Assembly: GCA_051047955.1 (NCBI GenBank)
Contig: JBPGPT010000016.1
Coordinates: 310,001-374,000 of the forward strand
DNA: 64,000 nt
From: Cystobasidiomycetes sp. EMM_F5
Lineage: Eukaryota
Direction of reading: 5' to 3'
A program made the translations under genes and the position numbers. Position 1 is the stretch's first letter. Every line of letters starts with the position of its first letter. This document shows positions 38,384 through 51,681 of the stretch, piece by piece. A model generated the notes under the pieces. That model had not been told where the DNA came from and made no database searches. It worked only from the letters and a program-made list of their open reading frames with translations.

Positions 38384-38630
38384 GATCGCTTTCGTCGGCA
38401 GTCTGTTAAGGATGCAAGGAATGGCATAAGAGCATGAAGTAGGGAAGCCATGTACTGCATTCTGTATGTCTACACGATTCTACCGGTTATGTCTACCAGA
38501 CAACGACATCTTGTCTACAAAAGTTACTTTACTGCGTTACTGCGTAGATTAGGTGTGCGATTAATGGGATACTGAGTCGGATGTCGTCGCTAAAAGCAAG
38601 TATTGCGAATCATCTTGCGCGTGTGACATT

Positions 38631-41600
38631 CTATTGCGGCAGAACTGAAAGTCGCTGTACGAGTCTGCCAGAGTTGTTTGAGCGTATGCTAGCGGATGAA
38701 CCGTTCGCTGTTAGGTAAGATTTAGGAGGATGTAATCCAGACTGTGGGCGGACGTGCGTCCTGAAAGAATTGGTGAGTCTCTGCATGAGCTTTGGAGTAC
38801 CATCAGAGCTGGATGAGCTGAAGCGAGACATATCCATCGATACAGGTGAGGCAATTTGCGACGAGGTAGATGCAAACACGCTCGTTGGACTGCCAGGGGT
38901 GTTTACATGGCTTGCCGAGTGAGCCACAGTATCGCTCGAAGGTCTGTGCGTCATTTGCGAGCCATCTTCGGATCCGTTGATGCTGACACGAAATATGGAT
39001 TGAGGGACAGGTGTCGGGATAGTGGGTGGCCCATCAGCCAAGCCTGACCGAGAGCGCGTCTGAGCGGGCTTGCGGACACTGCCAATACCACCGGTGGACG
39101 TGCGCATAATCTCCACATCGCCATCGTCATCGGCCGTATGTATAAAGAGGCCCTTCTGGGCACTTTCCGAAGATATGCCTAGGCTTTGCCGCTTATCCCT
39201 CTTCGAAAGACTACCACTGCTTCGAGACAAGCTGCCGTGACTTTTCGATAGAAGACCGTTTCCTAGTCTCGGCGATGGCGCTTGAGAGAGTGTGAAGCAC
39301 GGCACGGCGGACGGAGTCGGGGTGGACACTTTTCTACTACTCGAGCTCGTCCTAGGCGCGGCTGCGACCGACGGCGGGACCAGAGAAGCAAGCTCTTCAT
39401 CGAGGTTTACGCCAACGCTCGACAAGACTTCCTCAATCTCTGCATGATCTCGTGTTCCCTTCATCCGATGTGCAAACTTGACATTGTGTCGGGGTCCAAG
39501 GATGAATTCGCCGCCTAATTGCAGTTGATCGCCGGGAGGTTTGATGGGAAGTTTGGCGCCATTGACTATACCTACGACGACGCTTGCACCCAAGCTATGC
39601 TTGATGTATTTGCCCACTTCTTCACCCTTGTTGGCGTTAAAAGAGCGGAGAACAAGGCCAAGAGCGGTATAGACATGCTTTCCACGGTCGGTATAGATTG
39701 GATATGGGCATTTATCGCCAAGAAGTTCTGAAAAGTTCGCTAAGTCAGATAGTGATCTGTTGGCTTGCCAAAGCTGCCTACATACTTTTATAAGGCTTGA
39801 TCATCTTCCAACTGCCATTGCTGACAATGATGAGTCGCAATTTATGCTTTGCCAGAATTTCCGGCTTGACTTTGGCGATATCGTCGACATAGTCCTGGCA
39901 CTGCGAGCACCAAAAGTGTCGTATAAAGAGAACGATAGTTCGCTGTCCCTCAAACAGACTGCCAAAGCGAATTTTATTGCCGTACTCGTCCTTGACGGAC
40001 AGCAGTGACGCTTCATACACATCCTTCTGTTGTGGCATTCTGTGCTGATCGAATTGCGTTCGAAGATACTTCCTTCGTTCCTTGTCGGCCTTGCTGACCT
40101 TTTTCATCTCTGCACGAAAGACCCGATCTTGTATTTCGAGCTGCAAACAGAACAGTCAGGGTTATTCAGCATCGACTATCACGTTATTGCGTAAAAGGTA
40201 TGCACCTCTTCTTCCAGATCCCAAGGCGCAACGTGCTTGTCTGTCGGAATTGCCGATTTGCCAGAAGGTTGCCTGTTTGAGCGCGAGACGACTGTACGCA
40301 TGCTGTTGACGTGTATGCCGGAATGCATGCTGGGAGATTTCGGTTCTACATACATGCCTGTACGAATGGGTGTTGCAGGGTTTGGAGAGTTTGGCATGGA
40401 TACGGGTATCGGGAATGCTTCTAGTGCCGCATTGTTGAGCGATGCATCGTCGTCATCGTCTTCCTCACTCGACGTCTCGGCTCCGTCGCCAAACATCATT
40501 GTATGCAGGTCTGGCTCTGGTTCTCTGTCGATCGGACACGTCTCTGCCAGTGCAGCTTCAGGATCGACGATAGATTCGTCGTTGACGCCATCTGTAGTGT
40601 CGACTTCATTGCGTAGTTGACTTGTCGGCCTGTTCGGAGACGTTGGCTCGAGGAGATGGTGGTGGTGATCCGGGACTATACCCTCGGCGACAGTCGGCGA
40701 TGCTGGCTCGAGGCTTCTCAAGTTGCTCCTCTGTGCGTGGCTCGGCCAGGAAGAGCCCATCGACGAGCGCGGACTCTCCACATCTGCCGTCGAGTCGCTA
40801 TAGGTTGACCCCGTAAGTCCGGGCGTGTCTGGGGTGGAAAATGTCGAGCCCATGCTCTGCACTGACGCCTGCCCTCTGAGCTTGCGTCTGCTCAGGTCGA
40901 GCGGTGCCGTCGTTGGCGGTGATGTGCTTGCTGGCTTGAATGCGTAGCTGTAGCCGGGACCATCGACGACATCTTGATGAATTTGATGACTGTGCTGCTG
41001 CCGCTGCTTGTCGAGTGCCTTGACACTGTAAGACTGTCCGACATGTCCGTGTCTCTGCCACAGAGTCGGGGACGGAGTGGCATCTCCGTCACCTGCATCG
41101 ACGACGTGGACAGACTCTCCATCTTGACCCTCCATACCGTCCATGTACTGCCTGTCGATAATGCTGAGCTGCTCCATCCTCCCGTCCAGCCCGCGATCCG
41201 TGTCCCCGCTCCCCGCCATGTCGACCTGGATCCTGACCACCCCAGACGACACACCGTCGAGCGTTGCCTTTCTCCGCTCCTTGCGTCGGACTGCGGCTGC
41301 GAGCTCCGAGGCTACAGAGCTGCGCTTTGGCACAATGGGGACGATGCTGCTGACGGGCTCGCTGGAAGAAGGTGCTGCAAGATGATGACGCCCGTCCATT
41401 CCGACGACCGAGTGCCGCTTCGAGTCTCGCCGTCTTGCCCCGCTCGCAATGGTAGTGACGGTCGTTGTGGTGACTGTCGTCGTCGTCGTCGATGAAGCAG
41501 CACCGTCAAGGGCAACCAGTCCACGCCGGCTACTATTGGAGCCAATGCTGCCGCTGATCGGACGATGAGCTCTCTTTGCGCGGAGCTTGTTGAGGGTTGG

Positions 41601-41639
41601 CGGTGGAATGATAATCGGAGAGGATGGCTCGGAGGACAT
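38631..41639 (-). CDS. AhpC/TSA-like (PRXL2/AAED1-type) thioredoxin-fold protein with long disordered extensions
   Basis: IVLFIRHFWCSQCQDY (CxxC), LIIVSNGSWKMIKPY, CPYPIYTD and PGDQLQLGGEFILGP...FAHRM...DHAEI. Confidence 0.8.
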
Positions 41640-42077
41640 GGTAGCAGTGTAGGAAGGTACACTGTGCTATCTGTCGCTGCGCTCGAGGTCTCACTCCGTG
41701 CTCTGGCTTCTGACTGGGCCAGCGAGTGGGTTTCGAACAACGTACGATAAAACGATTCCAACGGCATACACCAATACCACAATACGCGCGCATACTGCTG
41801 TGCCGCTACCAGGCTACTCTGGATGTGCCTCGCCATCTCTTGAATTTGTCGATGATCCACGTCTTCCGCTTTGGGAAACGCCATCTAGGTCCAGCCATCC
41901 GAAAACAGCAATATTCAAACAGTGCCGGCGAGGCTGGCTTTGGATAATCTACACCCGTAACATTCTGTAATTCGTCGACGGAATGACATACCCATAAGAA
42001 ACGTTTCCGACAACAACAAAAATCTGCTTGGGGCCTGACTACTAACGCCGAAGATCGTCTACCAACGCAAAAGATCG

Positions 42078-44846
42078 TCATTGCGAAATCGTACTGACGA
42101 CTGACGTCCTGTTGAGTGCCCGCAAGACATTCTCCATCTCTAGCTTGCGTTTGCGCTCCCTCGCGCTCAGCCTAGTCGGATCAATGCTGTTGTAGTAGCC
42201 GACGAGCTTGCTCATGACCGGCTGAAGTTTGCGGGGCGTGATGGCATTGTAGCCCAATTGACGCATGTCCTTGTCGAGGTAGTCGGCAGGTGATTCACTC
42301 TCCAGTAGCGAGATAATCTGTTGCGACACATTAGTCAATGTATGTTCCGAATCAGTGCAGCTGTCTTCAATCTCCTCACCTGGGACACTTCAGCAAAGAC
42401 ATCCTCCATACCATCAGGAAGATTGCTTGCAAGAGCAGTCATAAATCGCACGTCTATCGCAAAGAAGGCGAGACCGTTGGCTGATATTTTCGAAGGATTC
42501 TTGTCGGTAAAGAAGGACTGCATATAATCTCCGTTAGCGAATCTTTCTTTCTCAAACAGAGCCGCTACTCACCATCAACGACTCGGAACAATGTCGGAGA
42601 GCACCTCGATACACTTCGTTTCGGTTTGCAGCAGAGAGGCCCGCCAGCTGGTTGTCCATTGACAAACTCAGATAATTCACCATATCTAGCAGGAAACCAG
42701 AAGGCTCTTCCTCCTCTCCTGGTCGGGTAGCACGAGGCGCTCCTCTCGCTAACCAGTCGTACCTCGCATCTTCAAAGAAACCGTCGAGCTGGCGAGAGAC
42801 TACAGAGATAATCTTGATAACGGCCTGCTTGATTGCCGTTTGCATATATTTGCTTGCTTCCATAGCGGAGCTGTAAATCAATATGCATCAGGTTCGTGTC
42901 GCCTTGTCTCCATAGTCAAGCTCACCGAGCTGTGAGAGTGTTTGTGCTGATCTGGTGACAGGCAATGGTGAAAAATTCGAGATTTGCGATAATTTGTGCA
43001 AGACCTGGCAGATTCGATGTGCCTTTAATCTTGTTGCCGACACCATCCACAACACTATTGGCGAGTAGACGGTCCAACGCCTCCCGTAGCATTTCGTCGC
43101 CTGCTTGCATGGATGAAATTGCACCTTCGCTAAATTGACGAAACTGCGAAATCATATTGCGGAGATCGATGCAGCAGAGAGGATACGTAGGCGAGAATGG
43201 CAACTCGATCGGGAATGGCATTCTATGAGCGAGGTGAAGTATGCTCAGCTCTCAAATCCTGACCTGCCTCTACTGCGACTTACCTCGCGATTGCAGCGGC
43301 CGTCCAAGGGCCTTCGGTCGGCAGGTAGGCGACATCCAGGACTTTATTCAATTCGTCTGGATTGTCGACGCGCATCGCTTGATTGTCGTCCTCTACGACA
43401 ATCTGCTTGAAGTCGATTTCAAACTTTGAACTCAGCAGGGTGGAATATCTACGCAGGAATTGCGCCAGAATCTCGTTGAGCAAATCTGTGCTGTATCCAA
43501 AACCTTGCAGCGTTTGTACGGTCGCCAGCAGTCGACCTTTAGTTGCCAGATGGATCTCTGGATCAACATTTCCAGCAAGACCGGACGTGATGACGTGGGC
43601 GAGTCGTTCCGACATCATGGTCCATAGCTCTCCAACCTGTTCTGAAGTTCGAAATTTGAGCTTGTGCCTCACCATTCCGGCCGCTGTGGAGCTAAGGACG
43701 TGAGACTCGATGATGAAGAAGCCAACAATCTCCTCTAGGAGCGAGGAGAGTACGTCTAACGAAAAGGGCTGTATTGATTGAGATTCGGAAAGTATGAGTG
43801 ATGCTTGTGACTGATTGATGACAGACACATTAGAATGGGATCTATCGGTCAGCTCGTAGGCTTCGTCGACTCACGCTTCGATCTGCTTGATAGCTTTTCT
43901 GCAGATCCTCTAGGGCATCTAGGGTGTCGTAAATGTGTATGGACTGGTAGAGCGGCTTGAAGTTGATCTTGGCAGTGGGTTCGTCGAATAGGCTTGTGTT
44001 GTATTCGTACTTTTCACTCACTCCGAGCTCGACTGGACCGTTCAGCGTGGTCTTCGACAACGTTGCAATGCTGGCTGCCGAGACGGATGTTGCACTCGTG
44101 CTGGTACCGATGCCGCGCTCCCTCCACCTCCTAGCACGCCTCTCGTGCTGTTCGATAGCCTTCTTTCCCAACTCTCGGCCTGCTTCACGCGCGTCAAAGA
44201 GCCAAGTCTTGAACTCGGTCGTGACTTCTGCTCGTACTTGCAAGCGGGTCAAGGGTAGGGTTTGGAGCATGTGCTGAGCGAAGCCAAGATGAAGAAGGGG
44301 TTTTATGTGGATAGCAAGGAGGTCATCCAGAGAACGCAGTGCTGCATAGTAGTTGCGATCCACGGAAATTAGACGGTTAATCTTGCTCGCGAGATCCAGC
44401 ACGCGGAGACAAGCCTGGAGAGTCTGAACTGTCTCGTCGATATTGTTTGCAACCCTATTACTCTCGAGGAGATCCCGTTTCGAGTCTGCTACGACAGTTC
44501 CCTTGCTCTGGATTTCATTGTTGAGCCCGGTCAATGTCGTTCGCAGACTGACAGTTCCCTTTCGGACTTTGAGGAGCTTCTCGGTCGACCCAAGAAAGTC
44601 GGTATAGTTGTCGCGGCACACTCGCTCAATCTCTGCATCCTTCTGGGCAATGTAACTCGACAAGCTGTCGGTGAAGGCTTCCCGCTGCTTTGACGTCGAT
44701 ATCGCTCGAAGTACGGGAGCTACTGGATCCGGACCCGATGACACTTCGCTGCGCTGGACGTCACCCGCGAGCAGGTATATCGGGCTGAGCAGGTTTTCAA
44801 TCTCATCCTTCTGATACCGCACGCGGTTCTTGCGCGGGCCTGACAT
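42078..44846 (-). CDS. SEC15: Exocyst complex component Sec15
   Basis: KDAEIERVCRDNYTDFLGS, YYAALRSLDDL, INFKPLYQSIHIYDTL, LLEEIVGFFIIE, LPFSPTYPLCCIDLRN and LAQIIANLEFF. Confidence 0.9.
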
Positions 44847-45187
44847 GATTGGCGCATGGAGAAGTGCCAAGTGACGTCCAAAGAAGGTTCACAATACGAC
44901 TCCAGGCTGCTGTCTGAGACTGGTGACGTGATACTAATGGCTTCTCCATATCGCGCATGCTCTGCGCAGACTCTCAATACTCCTGACCGCAGCTGACTCG
45001 CTGTACAACACCCAATTCAATAACGTTGAACAGCGTTGCAGCCCAACTGGCTCCTCTACTGTTGCCAATAACGCTACCGTACTGCTACTTGCATAAGAGC
45101 CAATAGCTCATCACGAAAGCCACTCTTTGATATGGATCTGGTACGTCATCTATTCCTGACTTGGTGCGTTGGAACCGTTCGATTAGG

Positions 45188-46878
45188 ATGTTGATGCCTC
45201 GACTGCAGATTCTTGATGCAGACTACAATGTTCTGCTACTCATACTGTCTCACTGCGACAAACGGACGCTCAAGTGCATCCGCCGCGCTATACCGCGACC
45301 GACTTCTCGATTACACCGAGCAGCGGTGCGTCGCTGAAGGTTGAATGCCCGCCAAGGTGTAGCTAAATGCCTTGATTCTACATGATTTATCGACACCTAG
45401 ACAGAGGTGCTTTACCGATCCTTCACAATATTTGTGATGGAAGACCGCAGCAGGGACAGGTGGTGTACCCGTTTTGGGCAATTATCGCTCGCCATGCGCT
45501 CAGCGATCAGGAAAGTTGCACTCCACACCGCTCCAGCATGTCTTGAGGCAACAGGCTGGTCGAAGCTATTCGCCATGGTCCCTCTGCTCATGGCCGTCGA
45601 CTTGCATGTACCAGTGACCGACGCTGGCGAAAGCGATTTGCTTCACGAAAGGGTTCAAATGTTCAGCAACACGATGGCGACATGCAATATCTCTGTACGC
45701 TTCAATCTGGAATGTGGCGTATTTTCCGTTGACACATTCAGACACATGCTCTCGGCTTTCGCGGCACATTCTATTGATGCTTTGATCCTCGCATCCCCCA
45801 CGACGGATGAAGAGAGCTACGTCACTCCACAAGCCGGCACAACATTAAGCCCGGTGTCGATATCGAGCTTGACTGTTGCTATTCATCGCGTCAATCGCCT
45901 TCCGTACGTGCTCACGGCATGTCAGTCTAGCCACATCCGGAGCTTTACGATTTCTGCGCGGCAATGTATGAGTACGGCGTTACACGGTTAGTTAGTTCCA
46001 GTAAAGTACTTATCTGAACTCACGCGTGCTTGCAAGCCCTGATACCCATTCTCGCATTGATGGACGAGACACTGCAAATCTTTTCGCTCGACACGCCGCT
46101 GTGCAAGCACAGAAGGCACAGGGATCGGGGAAAAGTGTCAAAGCGCGCAATACGAATGTCTGGCTTGAGGCGATTATACTTCGACTCGCCGGCATCCGAT
46201 TTTTTCGCTGCCCTAACGACTCCCAATCTGGTCGAACTAGATTGCCGCTTGGTCAACGGCGATGTGGCAGCTGTACATACTTTACTGGAGTCCGAAATTA
46301 CTCGGCATTTACTCCTGCGACTGGATGAGGACTTCAAATGTGGCCCAGAAATGTTGCAAATAATCAGCCTGTGTGATAGGTTGCACATCAATCTATCTAT
46401 TCATGCAGAGGTTCCTCTGCGACTCGACTCGTCGGGTGACGACCGCCAGCTCTTCATACTCGCCGCACATGCATTCGTACACTGCTACATCGTCTTCGAC
46501 TGGGCGTTGAGACCAACGGCTCTCCCAGCAGCGCTGTACTATCCGAAGCTCGAGTCCTTAGCCATCAACAAATGGGGTCCCGCGTACCGCGGTGCATCTT
46601 ACGACTCTACAACCTCCGTCCTTACTTTACTGAACAATATTTTCGCTCCAGAACTTGTCACAATCACTTTGGATTTTTGGGCTACATTCAAATCCCTGGA
46701 GGCGCTCTTACGGCTTGTTGAGCGACTCCCCGCCCTGCGCAATCTTGATGGCAGACTGCTACTTGCAGGCGAGGGGGAGGAGCGCAGCGCCGAATTACAA
46801 CAAATTGCGAAGATCCGGCAACAATGTCTAAGCCGCGGTATTGCAAATCTCCTGCGGTTCCGCTGGAATCATGTCTAG
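45188..46878 (+). CDS. Divergent F-box-like / Leu-rich protein (tandem pair, copy 1)
   Basis: First exon MLMPRLQILDADYNVLLLILSHCDKRTLKCIRRAIPRPTSRLHRAA followed by a GT donor; Leu-rich repeats; C-terminus LLRLVERLPALRNL...QQCLSRGI. Confidence 0.6.
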
Positions 46879-47223
46879 TGCCGTAAGGATATTTGAAGTT
46901 CAATGATCCACGTCTAGACCAAGTATACCGACATCTGCGCATTATTCATCTCCTGCCCGTGAACAGAGACATGTCTCAATGGTTCGCGACCCCAACAGTG
47001 CCTTCTGGTCAAGCCGCCGTGATCTAGTTGGACCGACTCGCGTTGTACGGTTGTCCATAAGTCGCGAACAACCGATTTTCTGACTTGTACTGGTGATGTT
47101 ACAGCAGCAGCTGCCTATGCGACACGTTCCAAGTGCGGTTTCACTTTCGCCCGGTAGACAACTGAATATCTGCGCTCAAGCTGTGGAGACGCTGCCTAAT
47201 CGTAGACGGCGCATCGTCACCAG

Positions 47224-48911
47224 ATGGAGCGCTTAGACTTGGACACATGCTCACTCATAACGTTGCAATGCAATCAACATAGTCTCGAAAATATACGCTT
47301 AGCTCTGCCGAATCCTCGTTTTCGGCTATACGAAGCAGCGGTCAGTTTATAACGCCACTGATTCACGGGTTGTCTGCTGACGCACAGCATATCTTCGTAT
47401 ATTGCTTACTTGCACACCAGACCACAGCCCTATTCTCACCGTTTGCCATTTTCTCATCGCAGAGTCGCCGTGCGCTGGAGTGCTTGACCTTGTTGTCACC
47501 TCATACCCGGACAACCATTCGAAGCATAACTCTGAGTGTGTGGATGCTTACTGAATGTGTTGATGACCGCCTTCTCGATATCTTAGAGCTGCTCCCATGC
47601 GTCCAGACTGTCGATGTCCATCTACAAATCACCTCAAATTGGGATGTCAGCCTTGATCAGATGGGGAAGCTTCTCAAACAATTGGACGACAGGACCTCCA
47701 TTCTTCGTCTTCACGTTTCGTGTAATGGCGATTTCCCTCTTAAAACAGCCATATCTAAGTCGAGCTTGGCCGATATGGCCATCCCAATCGCTCATCTAGA
47801 TATAAGAGAAAGTAATGTTCGCCGTCCTACTCAGCCGGACGAAAGGTTAGGAGACCGTCTGTCGGTCGCGACCGTGCAAATGACGGGTGGCTATTTACCG
47901 AAGCTAGTTGAATTCTGTCAACTTGACGCCATTCAAGACTTCACATTTGCGTGCGGATCAGACTGTATCGAGGAAGTCATACAAGGTACGCTTGTAGGCT
48001 CTATGCGTGTATGTCAATGAGGCACTTATTCCTTCGACGAGGCAGACGTGCTGCAGATAATCTCAATGCTGGCCGACAGCTTGCACCGTCTCTGCATTCG
48101 GGGTCCCAGATGCGCGAACTGTAAAGATCCTAAAACTGCGAATGACGAAAATGGCCAATCTGCAGTGACCTTGCCTCGCTTGAGTTCGCTAGAACTTGGT
48201 GACTGGGCTGCTAATCACTTGGACAAGATCGAAGCGCCCTTGTTGAAGTACTTGACATGCTATGCATACGGCAGTAATGTTTCAAACATCCTCTCGAAGC
48301 TAAAGTGGGGAAAGCTGCGATACTTGACATTACGTCTCGTCGCAAGCATCACTTTCTGGCAGCAGCCCATGTTCGCCTTGATAAAGTCTTGCCAGGACAA
48401 TGCGGTAGTACTGCGTATCGACTCCAGACAATTCGCACAACCTCTCATCGCTGCACCAGCCGACTATGCTCTGCTGGAAGCTTTGGCGCCTTACCAGACT
48501 CATGCAAGCATTGAGCGAGCCGACTCGCGTGATACTTACTTTGGCGACCCCATCACCTGCTTTCCTCGCCTAAAATGGCTCGAGTTTGCATTCCGCGGAG
48601 ACTATCCTTGCGCTGAGGATGCCGCTGAACCGCTCCGACTACTGATTGATGAGCTGTGTGTCCCGAATCTCATTGGCCTGACGATAAGCGACGTTATTAC
48701 TACCGATACAGGAGAGGCCCTGCTTCGTCTTATCAAGCGGCTCCCGGATCTACGAACGATATCTGGGACTCTGCTGTACGAAGCAGGTCATCCGACCGAA
48801 TCGGAAGTACTTCGTCTGCTGGAGGAGCTGCAAGATGTGTGCCGGCAGCGCGGAATCAAGAATACAACAAGCATAGATGGTGAGCCTTTCGGATGTGCAG
48901 TCTGTGCTTAG
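47224..48911 (+). CDS. Divergent F-box-like / Leu-rich protein (tandem pair, copy 2)
   Basis: First exon MERLDLDTCSLITLQCNQHSLENIRLALPNPRFRLYEAA with the intron after the same AA; C-terminus LLRLIKRLPDLRTI...DVCRQRGI matches copy 1. Confidence 0.6.
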
Positions 48912-49508
48912 CGTAGTGAGCTTATTACGCGCGAAAACTTGCAGAGTGGATCGATGACTCGGATTTCGCTGATGGAGACTATCTTTAGTCAAAGATAGCG
49001 ATCAGTCATTACATGCAAAATGGATGGTACGAATCCGGCATGCTGGTGGGTGTGCTAGTGTGATAAAGGACCTGGATGCTGGATGCCAGCAGCTTACGTT
49101 TTCAGCGGGCTAGATCCTAACGTGATGCATGAGCCGAGCTCAGTCATTCGACGGCACCTCTCGGGCCCGACAGCAACGACTGAATCCATCAGCCCGCTTT
49201 TTCTCTTTCGAACAGCTGCTTTAGAAGTTTGCATGATGCGGAGATGGCCCTTGGGGCTGCTTTCAAGCGGTGTTTATCAGGATGTACTACATGGAAAGCT
49301 AGGCAGTGCTAGCTCCGTACACTAATTCCATTGTTTGATACGCAAACGACTTGCCTTCATTACTATATTTGCATAAATTCTTGTTTATTTACTTTCTGAC
49401 ACTTTGGGGCGCCCGTTCCGGCATGCCTCAGGTCTCGCTTGTTCCAACCGCGTAGACGACAATCGCACAGCACTACGCAAAGCACAAAGACGCCTACCAC
49501 AAGCAACA

Positions 49509-51266
49509 ATGTCCACCGATGCTGCGTCTAAGAAGAAGGGAGCTGCTGCACCCGCGTCAAAGGCAAAGAAACCAGCGGGACACCCGACTTTCATTGAAAT
49601 GATCCAGGCAAGTCGCGTTGACGTTGGCGGCACAGAAGGCCCATTGACAGCATGTGCTGACTTGTCATCCATACGTTATGTTCGCATTTGTCTACTGACT
49701 GCCTTTACCGGCCTCTGGCTCAATTGCTGTGTTCCGTCTGACGCGCTTCCCGTCCTGATCCCTTTTGTTTTGCTTGGATTTTGCAGGAAGCCATAGCAGC
49801 CTCCGATGACCGCGCAGGCGTGTCTCGCACTGGCATCAAGAAGTGAGTCTTCTTGTTCGTGTCGTGCGACTCCCCGGCCGCGCTATCGCCTCGCGTCAGC
49901 CATCGTCATGAGTCTTTGTTTTGCGGGGGCTGGCACATGACTGCCCGCAAACGACAATATAAGAAATCGACACTGCTGCATGACTAATGAACATCGAGTA
50001 AATGCCGTCATAAGAGCCAGCTTACTGACTCCCTAGAACCTTCTTTGCAGGTTTATGCTTGAGAAGTACGACTTGGAGGACAGTAACGCCAATGCCAGTC
50101 ACTTGAGCCGGGCTCTGCAACGAGGTCAGTACTGATAATAGCTACTTCAACAGTACGCTGTATACGCTATATGCTGAACTGTGGATTATTCATTGGCCTC
50201 TCACTCGATTTGCAGGTGTCGATGACGATGTCCTGGATATGCCAAAAGGACCGTCTGGCAAAGTTAAGCTTGCATCGAAGAAGGGTGCTTCCAAGGGCAA
50301 TGATTCCGGCAAAGAGGTAAGCCTCTTGCAAGGTCCACATCCGGGTATGCTGAACTCTGGTAATACTGTCCCGTTTCTTATCGCGCTCGATCATTGTGTT
50401 TACCCGTGCCAGAACAAGGCTCCCGCACCGAAGAAGGCTGCAGCGCCCACAGCAACCAAGAAGGTTTCGGTAAGCCTGGCTTTCATTTACATCCTGCTGT
50501 TACGTCTGATTGAACTGAGACATCCCAAATTGACACCTTGATTCTCTTGGCGTGTAGACCCCTGCGACTTCTACTGCCGCAAAGAAGGCTCCTTCCAAGA
50601 AGCTCGTCGAAAAGAAACCCTCTGCTACAGCAACCTCCTCTGGCACTACAAAGAGGATCAGCGCAACTGCTGCCAAGTCGACCACCTCGAGCACTACCGC
50701 TACCAAGACTAGCTCGCGCAGAGCTGCTGCAGCTCCTGCCCCCGAGAAGAAGGCTACTACGGCTGCCAAGAAGCCTGATCCAAGGAAGGTCGAGTCGAAG
50801 AAGGCTGCACCAACAAAGAAGGTCGCAGAAACCAAGAAGGCAGCAGAGCCAAAGAAGACGGTTGTAAGTGGAAGGAATCCCTTTGTAAGGGCCGCTTCTT
50901 TTCTTCCATCACATCCTATCCACCTCCTGTTACCGGCTTTCGAAGCCTTATCGCACTTGGCATGACTCTCGTATTATATCGCAAACCACGATGCTGATTT
51001 GTCTGGTCTGTCCCCTTGTATCGTTTTGTTGCCAGACTGCAAAGAAGCCAGTAGCCAAACCTGCTGCAAAGACACCATCCAAGACGGCTTCCAAGGCAAA
51101 GTCAGCTGGAAAAGAGAAGGCTACGGAAATGAAGAAGACTTCTGCTCGCAAGGCGCCCACTGATCGAGTAGGCCTTTTGTCAATTGACTTGGGTGTACTA
51201 CCATCCTGACGACACTGTTGGTAGTCTGCTGCTCCTGCCAAGGCGACTCGCGCATCGAAGAAGTAG
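49509..51266 (+). CDS. Linker histone H1, 8 exons
   Basis: HPTFIEMIQ|EAIAASDDRAGVSRTGIKK|FMLEKY...LSRALQRG...MPKGPSGKVKL globular domain followed by a Lys/Ala/Thr-rich tail. Confidence 0.92.
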
Positions 51267-51681
51267 AGTCATCCACTGGCGGCCGCTGCATTAACAGCGG
51301 TGTCTTCATCTTTTCGAACCTTCTTTTGGGCTCCCTTCGTTTTCCTGGCCGTCAATCGCCATAGCACCCTCAGGTAGATTGACCGGTACCGGCGAAACGG
51401 GTGGTCTACGAGCAACATCATCGTACCAGACCCTCTTGCCTGATTCCTTCTCCCTGTGCTCGCGTCAACTACCCATTCCGCGTCTGTACTTTCTGTCGTT
51501 ACAGTCCGAAAGCCTTTGTTCGTCTTACAACTTGTTGTTACTATTGTCAGTCGGCTAGCCTTGTCGTATTGTCAATGCACGTTACTTTGTTCCAACGTTA
51601 CTTTGTTTCAACGTTACTTTGTCCCTATGTCATGAGGACCTTCTCCGCCCGTGGCGATAGCAACAAGACTGATACTACACA

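Noticed and set aside
41715..41825. Minus-strand TAGCCTGGTAG...GTTCGAAACCC A-box/B-box-like pair
   Set aside because: The T-stem and acceptor stem fail to pair, so there is no cloverleaf.
49367..49374. Octamer ATTTGCAT upstream of histone H1
   Set aside because: Octamer control of histone genes is a metazoan POU-factor feature; a single match in an AT-rich promoter is likely chance.
19101..51266. Co-occurrence of nuclear genes (two nucleoporins, INO80, histone H1)
   Set aside because: They are interspersed with unrelated genes; nothing supports a functional cluster beyond chance.
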